DNA of 64,000 nucleotides from an archaeon (GCA_020057405.1 JAGVFW010000003.1:64001-128000); one strand, 5' to 3'; positions 18,933 to 26,345 are shown, counted from the stretch's first letter. The notes: generated from the letters alone by a model not told the origin. Numbers and translations: made by a program.

Positions 18933-21704
18933 CTACCCGCGGGGGAAGGGGAAGTCGGCCATGAGGCCTACGGGAGTGGTGTTGAAGTTGGTGAAGCCGG
19001 TTGCCAGGACTGCCCCGTTTTGGACGAAGTAGTCGCCTGCGGCGGGATTCCTGAACTGGGGGTCGGCGGTGACTGAATTGACGTCAAAGCCGTATTGCGA
19101 CTGCCATTGGGCGAGAGGGATTTTTGGCGTTCCTACTTGAATCGTATACCTCCCATCAGGCCGGTAAAACGAGTTGTAATCCGAAGCGCTTACTTTGTCG
19201 GATTGCCAGTCTGCAAACTTGAACATGGTGGGATCGAGCGCGTTCGAGGTGGAGGCATAGAAAATATTGCGAGTAATGTTCAGGTGGTGGTTGGGCATGC
19301 CCAGATACGCTTGGAAGAAAGCAAGCTCTCGCGGCTCGTCGGTTGCTACAATGTTGTTGGTGAGCGTGTTGTAATCGCCTTTGATTAAGAAAGTATAGGG
19401 ATTGGTGCGGATGTTGTAAACGAGGTTGTTGCTGACCATATTGTATCCGGACCCATCGTCAAGGTACATGCCAACGGCGAATGGATTGTTGACTTGAGTG
19501 GTCGCGGTAATGTCGTGAATGACATTGTTGGTGATGAGATTGTCCTTGCCGGAACCCCACAAATAGATTCCGCCGCCGTCATGCGTGTCCCGCATCACGT
19601 CCGAAACGTCGTTAAAGGCGATGGTGCCGTTTCTGGCGTAGACGTAATCGCGGTAGTTTTCCTGAGTTGCGTCCGGAATGAAAAGTTTAGTGTAGTTGAG
19701 AGTAAAGCCGAGGTAGAGGATTCCAGCGTAATTTCCGCGGTGGATTTTGTTGAAGGACACGTTGGTCGAGCTGATGCGCGCGAGAAGCATTCCCGCGGCC
19801 CTCGAATAGCGCCGGCCGAAGTCGTAAAAGCGGTTGTTGACAATGCGGTTAAAGCCACTCACGTCGCCATTGCCCGGATAAGGGCCGCCCAATTTGATTG
19901 CATCAGCGCCAAGCTCGTTTAGGTAATTGCCGTAAATGTCAAGGCCAGTAACGTAGAAGCCGCCCGTAATTCCATGAGTCAGTTGCTTGAATTCATTGAA
20001 GCGCACGCGGATGTTGTCGGCGTAGGCCACATGCAATCCCGTGGGCGTGCTTAGCGGCCCGTTGGAATTGGCTGTCTTAAAGCCGTTGCCCATTTCGAGA
20101 GTCAGGCCGCGCAGTTCGATGTTCGACGTTTTTACCGAGGGCGAAGAGCCGGAGACCTGGATTATCCGCTCGATTGTGGGCGCCAGGATTTCCTGCGAGT
20201 CAATCGGCGCGTTTCGCGGCCAGTAGTAAGTCAGGCCGGTCGTCTCGTCGTAGAAAAATTCTCCGGGAGAGTCAAGAAAGTCGAGTGAATTGATGAGGGC
20301 AAACCGGTTGTTGAGTCTTATGACGTAGCTCGTGTTGGCTGACAGGTTGATTGTGCGGGTGGAGAAGTTGACGTAAGTGATGGGAGTTATGTCAACGGCC
20401 CAGTCGTAAACGTAAGAGCCGCTTCCGCCGGGGAAGATGTAGGCCTTGGCACTGGAGTAGGAAAACGTGTCGGGAAGCGCGCCGGACGGGTAGACGAAGC
20501 TCGTGAAGTTGTTGTCGCCATAGCCGGCAACTTTCAGGTAACCTGAATTGGGCGTGCGCGCGGGCACCGCCTCGACGCCATTTTCGTAAAGCGAGTAAAT
20601 ATTGGGGCCTATGTTTGCAACGTAGATGTTGCCTGAATAAAGCGTCCAGCCGGTCGCGGCCTTGGATGCAATCAACCTTGGCTTCTCGCCGTAGTAGTTG
20701 CGCCAAATAACGCGATAGCCGTTCTTTCCGGAATCCGGGGGCTGGAGCAAAAGCCCGCTCGTAAGGTAGTACTTCCCACCTCGAAGAAAGACAACCGCAT
20801 TAGAGGTCATTCCGGAAGTGATGTTGGTGCGGATTGTAGTCTGGGCTTTTGAGAGTGTTAGGAATGGTGCGGTTAGTGTGCCGGGGTTGTTGTCATTGCC
20901 GTTTGTTGCAACGTAGAAGAAGACTGTCGAGTCGCAGGCGTCGCCCACGCCATTCTCGTCCGCATCCCATTGGTTGGCGTTCGCCACTGACGGACAATTG
21001 TCAACTGAATCGAGCACGCCGTCGTCGTCTGAGTCGGGCGGGGGCGTCGGAGTCGGCGTGGGAGTGGGAACGCAGGAGGGGCACGGTGTTGGCGTGGGTG
21101 TAGGCGAGCCGCTTGGCGTGGGGCTCGGCGTTGGGCTGCTGTTTGGAGTTGGCGTTGGGCTTCCTTGCGGGCCCGGAGTTGGGGTCGGCGATGATGTTGG
21201 CCGGGGGGTGACTATAGGGAGAGTAGAGTTCACGCAGTGCTCGGCAGGCGCGATTGATATTCCTTCGCAGCTGGCGACACACACGTTAAAGTAAGTCCTG
21301 CCGTCAGAGCCGCAGACCGGCGTGTAAACGCTTGGGCAAGCGCATGGGTCGGGCGTAGGTGTTGCCGTCGGCACCGGAATCGGCTGGACTGAAGGCATTG
21401 GCGTGGGCGTTGGGCTGGGCGTCACGATTGGCGTTGAAAATAAGTCGAGTCCCCGCAAGCCGAACAGGTTTTTGCCTAGCTCGCGAATTTTGGTGACGAT
21501 TTTCATCTGCGCATCCACCATCTGCTGCGCAACAGAAACAATAGGATGATACTCCGATTGCGTAGGCGGGGAAGAAACGATGAAGAAAGAACCTGCGAGT
21601 GTAATGTAAGCCAAAACCGCGATTAGAAAAACGATTGTAAAGGCCGACGCCGCACTTTCGCCTAACCTACCGCGCAGCGCCTCCAGCTCTTCCCAAAAAT
21701 CCAC
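18933..21704 (-). CDS. Paralogous surface protein (TM, PT, Kazal, TSP3, beta-helix)
   Basis: N-terminal part is nearly collinear with the 6127-9069 product; LDSPGEFFYD, DGGGIY, GMYLDDGS. Confidence 0.8.
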   Translation of the reverse strand: MDFWEELEALRGRLGESAASAFTIVFLIAVLAYITLAGSFFIVSSPPTQSEYHPIVSVAQQMVDAQMKIVTKIRELGKNLFGLRGLDLFSTPIVTPSPTPTPMPSVQPIPVPTATPTPDPCACPSVYTPVCGSDGRTYFNVCVASCEGISIAPAEHCVNSTLPIVTPRPTSSPTPTPGPQGSPTPTPNSSPTPSPTPSGSPTPTPTPCPSCVPTPTPTPTPPPDSDDDGVLDSVDNCPSVANANQWDADENGVGDACDSTVFFYVATNGNDNNPGTLTAPFLTLSKAQTTIRTNITSGMTSNAVVFLRGGKYYLTSGLLLQPPDSGKNGYRVIWRNYYGEKPRLIASKAATGWTLYSGNIYVANIGPNIYSLYENGVEAVPARTPNSGYLKVAGYGDNNFTSFVYPSGALPDTFSYSSAKAYIFPGGSGSYVYDWAVDITPITYVNFSTRTINLSANTSYVIRLNNRFALINSLDFLDSPGEFFYDETTGLTYYWPRNAPIDSQEILAPTIERIIQVSGSSPSVKTSNIELRGLTLEMGNGFKTANSNGPLSTPTGLHVAYADNIRVRFNEFKQLTHGITGGFYVTGLDIYGNYLNELGADAIKLGGPYPGNGDVSGFNRIVNNRFYDFGRRYSRAAGMLLARISSTNVSFNKIHRGNYAGILYLGFTLNYTKLFIPDATQENYRDYVYARNGTIAFNDVSDVMRDTHDGGGIYLWGSGKDNLITNNVIHDITATTQVNNPFAVGMYLDDGSGYNMVSNNLVYNIRTNPYTFLIKGDYNTLTNNIVATDEPRELAFFQAYLGMPNHHLNITRNIFYASTSNALDPTMFKFADWQSDKVSASDYNSFYRPDGRYTIQVGTPKIPLAQWQSQYGFDVNSVTADPQFRNPAAGDYFVQNGAVLATGFTNFNTTPVGLMADFPFPRG

Positions 21705-21797
21705 GCTAGGCTAACGCCAAGGGAATTTAAGAACAGAACGGCTCTCTGCTGTCGAAACACTAATGGAAAAGAAAAAAAGCGCATAGCTAACGGTGGA

Positions 21798-21867
21798 ACT
21801 CGAAGGCATCGTGCTGGTCTAAGTGCAGGGGGAGTACGCTGAGACGTCGTCTAGAAGCGGACTTTGC
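21798..21867 (+). repeat. att-like site D (core 21819-21834), preceded by a copy of the vapC 3' end
   Basis: 21798-21834 matches 15584-15620 at 36/37; right arm tgagacgtcgtctagaagcggactttgc. Confidence 0.9.
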
Positions 21868-21915
21868 GAGACACAATTGATTCGTTGATTAATATAGTCC
21901 TAAAATCAATTATTC

Positions 21916-22707
21916 TTGACAGAGGGAATCAACTTGATTTTGCGTCCAAGAACTTTAAAGTCAATGGCTGAACAACTAGCCCAATTGCCCCCTCAAAGAC
22001 GGAAAGTAGTGGTTTTAGTCGGTAGACACCTAAATGAAGGGTCAGTAAACTTAGCAAACAGGTGTCATGAATCTTGGGGAAAAAAAGGCGCGGTCACCAT
22101 CCAACTTCCAGTGGACTGGACTCCAGAAGGTTTTTGGCATAGTGCGATGCAACGAAATCTCACTGCTGAAGAAGTAGAGAATGAAGCGAAAGCTATTCCT
22201 TCAGATGAGGCTATTTTAGACTTTCTCTTCAAAAGAGGATTTCGAATTCCGGTTCTAAATATCCACGGCGCTGGACACGAGGCGCGCGATATAACTAATT
22301 CTTCTGCGGAAACTGCCGAGAATAGGGAAAAAATCGAGACTGAACGGACTCCGACAACAAGCATAACCACAGGTAATAAAACGAGAATTTTCGAGCACAA
22401 ACTCATTCGCCATCACTATGGTAATATTGAACATCCTAACGAAATTTTGATAGAAATATATTATGGCGGATCTAAAAGAAATACTAAATCTCTAGAATAT
22501 GCGGTAGGTTTGGATCCGCATTCGAGACTCGCAGTTAACAATTCTCCGAGTTATATTGCAAAAAGATACTTGCGCGGCATCGTTATCAACCGCGGTTCAC
22601 TTGAGCGCCTTCACAAGGACGTGACTCCGAAAATAGAAGAACTGATTGAACACCTATCAAAAACCGGTCTAAAAGCAAGGCTTGGAAAAAGAGACTATAT
22701 TCGCTGA
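21916..22707 (+). CDS. Hypothetical protein, possible M14-like zinc site (start may be ATG 21964)
   Basis: Long AT-rich ORF filling the D-E cassette; VVVLVGRHLNE ... VLNIHG. Confidence 0.65.
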   Translation: MTEGINLILRPRTLKSMAEQLAQLPPQRRKVVVLVGRHLNEGSVNLANRCHESWGKKGAVTIQLPVDWTPEGFWHSAMQRNLTAEEVENEAKAIPSDEAILDFLFKRGFRIPVLNIHGAGHEARDITNSSAETAENREKIETERTPTTSITTGNKTRIFEHKLIRHHYGNIEHPNEILIEIYYGGSKRNTKSLEYAVGLDPHSRLAVNNSPSYIAKRYLRGIVINRGSLERLHKDVTPKIEELIEHLSKTGLKARLGKRDYIR

Positions 22708-22742
22708 AATTGTGTCTCTGGATATGAAAACAAGTCGTTGGC

Positions 22743-22813
22743 GACAAGGTCTGCTTCTAGACCTGGACTAAGTGCAGGGGGAGTGCGCTTAGACGCGGTC
22801 TAGAAGTGGACTT
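22743..22813 (+). repeat. att-like site E (core 22768-22783), the most symmetric copy
   Basis: gcttctagacctggactaagtgca-GGGGGAG-tgcgcttagacgcggtctagaagt: 24-bp imperfect inverted arms around a 7-bp spacer. Confidence 0.92.
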
Positions 22814-22816
22814 TTC

Positions 22817-22834
22817 GAGACACAATTGTGTCTC
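22817..22834. repeat. Perfect 18-bp palindrome GAGACACAATTGTGTCTC
   Basis: Seen directly; its halves recur at 21868 and 22708. Confidence 0.85.
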
Positions 22835-22868
22835 AATCTATAAGTAGTCTTGTTTCACAAGTGATAGT

Positions 22869-23204
22869 ATGCGAATATCCTTTCGGGCTTTTGAACACCG
22901 TTATCCTGGCACCTATGGGACGAGCATGCTTTCTGCCAACGAACTGAGAGAAGCGAAATCGCTGAGGACATTCATAACTCGCAAAAAGTACGAAGATGCT
23001 ACTCGAGGAATTCCAAAAGGAAATCCAAAAATCGTTCGCGTCTTGGGTGAGATTTTTATCATCGACGGCCATCATCGAAGTAGGTTTGCCGTAGATCGCG
23101 GGGAAGGAATCACGGTAGAGCATTTCGAAACTGACTCTAAAGCACTCAAATTTATTTTGGATAAAAAGGCAAAAGCCAAGATTGGAGGAGTGGAAATTCG
23201 TTGA
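22869..23204 (+). CDS. Small ParB/Srx N-terminal-like protein
   Basis: PKIVRV...IFIIDGHHRSRFA motif. Confidence 0.65.
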   Translation: MRISFRAFEHRYPGTYGTSMLSANELREAKSLRTFITRKKYEDATRGIPKGNPKIVRVLGEIFIIDGHHRSRFAVDRGEGITVEHFETDSKALKFILDKKAKAKIGGVEIR

Positions 23205-23221
23205 TGAACGAAAAACGAGGC

Positions 23222-23284
23222 AGTACACTTCTAGATGTTGTCTAAGTGCAGGGGGAGCGATTTGAACTCTTGAACGCCGTTGAG
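23222..23284 (+). repeat. att-like site F (core 23242-23257), followed by a degenerate tRNA-Leu 3' half on the minus strand
   Basis: Minus strand reads ctcaacggcgttcaagagttcaaatcgctccccctgca. Confidence 0.88.
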
Positions 23285-23285
23285 T

Positions 23286-24206
23286 TTAGCGCTTTTCGCC
23301 CTGCCAAAGCGAGACGAATTCCTTGTAGTTTCGGGCAACCATCTCGACTGCTTCCTCGCGCGAGTGCTTGCCGTCCTTCAGGCCCGCCAGGGCGTCCCAG
23401 AAGATGGTGCGGCCGACTGCAAAACCGATGATACCGGGAATTTTGGCGCCAACGGAAAGCCATTCCTTGACTTTTTCCTTGCTTTCGCCGCGGCCGAGCG
23501 TGATGACGCCGGCTTTCCTGCCGTTTGCCTGCGCTTGGGCGACTATTGCACGCGCGTCCTTTGGCGAATCAACGCCCTCCATCTTCCAGACGTCGGGCTC
23601 GACGCCTGCGGCCTGGATGTCGGCCATTGCGCGGACCATGAGCTTGGGGCGAAGTTGGGAATCGTAAGCGGCCTTGTCCCCATTGAGTTTCGCCAACTGG
23701 TCGGCGGTCGCGGGGACGAGGAGCTCGAAGAGGTAACCCCGATTGGTGCGCTCGAGGTATTCGCCGAGGGTCTTGAGGCGGGCGAGCTGGCGCTTGTTCA
23801 TCACGGCATCAGCTTCGTGGTTGTAGCGCACGAGCACTTTTGCGAATGCGGGTGCAAAGTCTTCTAGGTGGTGGCCGAATGCCCCGCCGTACTCGAAGTC
23901 AAACTCGTCCTGACCGCTTTTCTCAACGGGCATGGCGAAGTTTACGCCATTTGCTCTCGCGTCGACCGCGATTGCCGCGCCGAACTGCTCGTCAACGAGA
24001 ATGCCTGCGATGGGCTTTGGCACGCCATCGGCAATCGCCTTTGAGAAGCCCTCGTAGACGACTTTCTTGAAGTCGCAAATGCGGGAAGTCTCTGCCACGG
24101 TAGGCGGGCGTCCCTTGATGCCGAATAGCTTCTCCATGAACGACCCGCGGTGGTCAAACGCGAGAATGAGCAGCTGCCGCTTAGTAAAGTCCTTCTCCAA
24201 TGCCAT
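23286..24206 (-). CDS. DUF2090 / IolC C-terminal-like, LacD-type class I aldolase fold
   Basis: LAFDHRGS, GILVDEQFG, PVEKSGQ, KVLVRY, LFELL, PDVWKMEG, GFAVGRTIF. Confidence 0.85.
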   Translation of the reverse strand: MALEKDFTKRQLLILAFDHRGSFMEKLFGIKGRPPTVAETSRICDFKKVVYEGFSKAIADGVPKPIAGILVDEQFGAAIAVDARANGVNFAMPVEKSGQDEFDFEYGGAFGHHLEDFAPAFAKVLVRYNHEADAVMNKRQLARLKTLGEYLERTNRGYLFELLVPATADQLAKLNGDKAAYDSQLRPKLMVRAMADIQAAGVEPDVWKMEGVDSPKDARAIVAQAQANGRKAGVITLGRGESKEKVKEWLSVGAKIPGIIGFAVGRTIFWDALAGLKDGKHSREEAVEMVARNYKEFVSLWQGEKR

Positions 24207-24238
24207 CTAAACCATCCCCCAAAATTGAATTCAAATTA

Positions 24239-25195
24239 TTAATGCGAGTGCCTGTGAATTGCCTCGACGTAGCGAACTGTGCCGCTTTTTGCGCGCATGA
24301 CGACGGAATGCGTGCGGATTACACCATGCGGCTCAAACGCTACGCCCTTAAGAAAAGTGCCGTCGGTGACACCAGTTGCCACAAACATTGTTTCTTTCCC
24401 GCCGGCCAAGTCCTCGAGCTTGAGAATCTTGTCGGGGTCGGCCAAGCCGTAGTCGATTGCGCGCTTGCGTTCCTCTGGATTGCGGAAGGCAAGCCTGCCC
24501 TCCATGTAACCGCCCAAGCACTTCATTGCCGCCGCGGCAAGCACGCCCTCTGGTGCCCCGCCGATGCCAAAGAGGGCGTCGACGTTTGAGCCCGGCATTG
24601 CCGAGGCGATTGCACCGGAGACGTCGCCGTCGCCGATTAGTTTTATGCGCGCACCGGCTGCTCGCACGTCGTCTATGAGTTTTTTGTGCCTCTCGCGGTC
24701 GAGGATGACGATTGAAAGCTCGTTAACTTCCTTCCCCGTCTTCTTGGCAATGCTTTTCAGGTTCTCGCCAACGGACCTTTCAAGCGAGACGGCATTGCCG
24801 ACGATGGGGCCGACGGCGATTTTCTCCATGTAAGTGTCGGGAGCATTAAGCAGCTTGCCGTGGGGTGCTGCTGCAAGAACGGCTAGTGCGTTTTCCCCGC
24901 CCCTTGCGGTGACGCCGGTGCCCTCAAGGGGGTCAACAGCGATGTCGATTTTCATGCCCTTGCCCGTGCCGACTTTCTCGCCGATGAAAAGCATTGGCGC
25001 CTCGTCCCGCTCGCCCTCGCCGATGACTACGGTACCCGCAATGTCGATGAAGTTGAGCCGCTCGCGCATCGCGGTGACTGCTGCCTGGTCTGCCGAGTTG
25101 CTGTCGCCCTTGCCTGCCCACTTTGATGCGGAGATGGCTGCGGCTTCGGTAACGCGAACGAATTCTAGAGCGAGATTCTTATCCATTTCCACCAA
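24239..25195 (-). CDS. glpX: Class II fructose-1,6-bisphosphatase
   Basis: VTEAAA, VVIGEGERDEAPML, AVDPLEGT, DGDV, GIGGAPEGVL, ATGVTDG. Confidence 0.96.
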   Translation of the reverse strand: MVEMDKNLALEFVRVTEAAAISASKWAGKGDSNSADQAAVTAMRERLNFIDIAGTVVIGEGERDEAPMLFIGEKVGTGKGMKIDIAVDPLEGTGVTARGGENALAVLAAAPHGKLLNAPDTYMEKIAVGPIVGNAVSLERSVGENLKSIAKKTGKEVNELSIVILDRERHKKLIDDVRAAGARIKLIGDGDVSGAIASAMPGSNVDALFGIGGAPEGVLAAAAMKCLGGYMEGRLAFRNPEERKRAIDYGLADPDKILKLEDLAGGKETMFVATGVTDGTFLKGVAFEPHGVIRTHSVVMRAKSGTVRYVEAIHRHSH

Positions 25196-25224
25196 CTCTT
25201 TCTTCTTAGCAAATCAATAATATA

Positions 25225-25351
25225 AGGAGGGAGGGCGCGACGGCGCAGAGCACTTTTGGGATTGCCTCCTTGGGGTTGCCTGGCGAAGCGCCCTCATTTG
25301 GTCCTTGTCCTGACGGCTCCCGAAGGCGCGGGTGAGCGCCCCCAACGGGAG
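25225..25351 (-). ncRNA. Candidate structured 5' leader of glpX
   Basis: GC-rich non-coding stretch between the TATA box and glpX, with stems ctcccg/cgggag, ggggcgc/gcgcctt and gagggcgc/gcgccctc. Confidence 0.3.
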
Positions 25352-25384
25352 TATGATAAAGTATGAAGACATCATATTTAAAAG
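25350..25384 (-). promoter_or_regulatory. glpX promoter with TCATACT-N3-TCATACT tandem site
   Basis: AGTATGA at 25350 and 25360 (plus strand), just downstream of a minus-strand TTTTAAATAT box. Confidence 0.6.
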
Positions 25385-25456
25385 TTTTGGCTAGGGCCGG
25401 CCAAACGTACCGGCAAAGTGGCCGAAATGCCGGGGGGAGCAGGCACAACCGCCGCA

Positions 25457-25489
25457 TTTAAATCCTACTTTATCATACTTCCTCTTATT
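25457..25489 (+). promoter_or_regulatory. RHH gene promoter with TCCTACT-N3-TCATACT-N3-TCTTATT
   Basis: Heptamers at 25463, 25473 and 25483 directly after TTTAAAT. Confidence 0.6.
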
Positions 25490-25499
25490 CGGTGGGGAT

Positions 25500-26345
25500 T
25501 TGGCAGAGTTAGAGCGCGTTACGGTCACCATAGACAGGAACCTGCTTGCAAGCGTGGACGCTACGGTGGGCTCCGGCGAGGCAAAGTCAAGGAGCCACGC
25601 GATTGACCTTCTTTTGAGAAAAGCGCTTGCACGGACTCAGATGAGGAAGGCCATTCTTTTGGCTGGCGGCAGCCGCGATAAGCTCATGGCACCTGATGGG
25701 AAGGAAATCAAGCCCTTAGTCGAAGTGGGCGGCGTCCCGGTTATTGAGCGCATCCTCTTGCAGCTAAAGCGTTTTGGCGTAGAGGAAGTCACGGTGAGTG
25801 TCGGCTACCATGGCGAGCGCATCGTATCCAGGCTGCAAAACGGCGAGCGCTTTGGCATCAGGGTCAAGTACGTCTGGGAGAACGCCGACTCGCCCTTGGG
25901 AAGCGCGGGGAGCCTGCGATCCGCCCAGCCTGCGCTAAACGAGACGTTCGTCTTAAGTTATGCCGACGTGCTCTACGACTCGCTTGACTTGGCCGACATG
26001 CACCGGTTCCACAAGGTAAACGGAGGCGCGTGCACACTCGCGCTTGCAAATGCCGAGCGGGCGAGCCACTTTGGCGTTGCGCAGATGGAGGGGTCGCGCA
26101 TTCTCGACTTTGCAGAAAAGCCAGTCAGTGCGCAGTCGCACTTGATTAACGCGGGGGTTGCGATTTGCGAGCCAAGCGTCTTTGCATTCATTCCGAAAAA
26201 AACGCCTTGCAGTTTTGAGCACGACTTGCTTCCCGCGATGGCCAAGAAGGGCAAGCTCTTCGGCTACGTCTATTCCGGCCCGTGGTTTGATGTCGGCAAG
26301 GCCCAGGCGCTGCAGTCAGCGCAAAAGTATTTTGAGCGAAGGTAA
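25500..26345 (+). CDS. Ribbon-helix-helix domain fused to a sugar-phosphate nucleotidyltransferase-like domain
   Basis: RVTVTIDRNLLASVD...SRSHAIDLLL (CopG/NikR-like) plus AILLAGG...KPL...PLGSAG...INAG...WFDVG. Confidence 0.85.
   Translation: MAELERVTVTIDRNLLASVDATVGSGEAKSRSHAIDLLLRKALARTQMRKAILLAGGSRDKLMAPDGKEIKPLVEVGGVPVIERILLQLKRFGVEEVTVSVGYHGERIVSRLQNGERFGIRVKYVWENADSPLGSAGSLRSAQPALNETFVLSYADVLYDSLDLADMHRFHKVNGGACTLALANAERASHFGVAQMEGSRILDFAEKPVSAQSHLINAGVAICEPSVFAFIPKKTPCSFEHDLLPAMAKKGKLFGYVYSGPWFDVGKAQALQSAQKYFERR

Larger units (their letters stand above)
15605..23257. mobile_element. Putative array of gene cassettes separated by att-like sites
   Basis: Six identical 16-mers in one orientation; cassette ends are matching inverted repeats; several cargo genes are AT-rich; no recombinase in the window. 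Confidence 0.6.

Noticed and set aside
15605-23257. The six repeats as a CRISPR array
   Set aside because: Spacing is 0.47-2.9 kb with whole genes in between, and there are no cas genes in the window.
15605-23257. Classical integron attC sites
   Set aside because: No RYYYAAC/GTTRRRY boxes and no intI; cargo genes face both directions and appear to have their own promoters.
23242-23290. Functional tRNA-Leu gene at site F or C
   Set aside because: No 5' half, D-arm or anticodon arm; T-stems are mispaired and run into the neighbouring CDS ends.
25225-25351. SRP RNA, RNase P RNA or glycine riboswitch
   Set aside because: Too short for archaeal SRP or RNase P and lacks their signature motifs; only a TCAGG...AGGAC fragment resembles the glycine aptamer.
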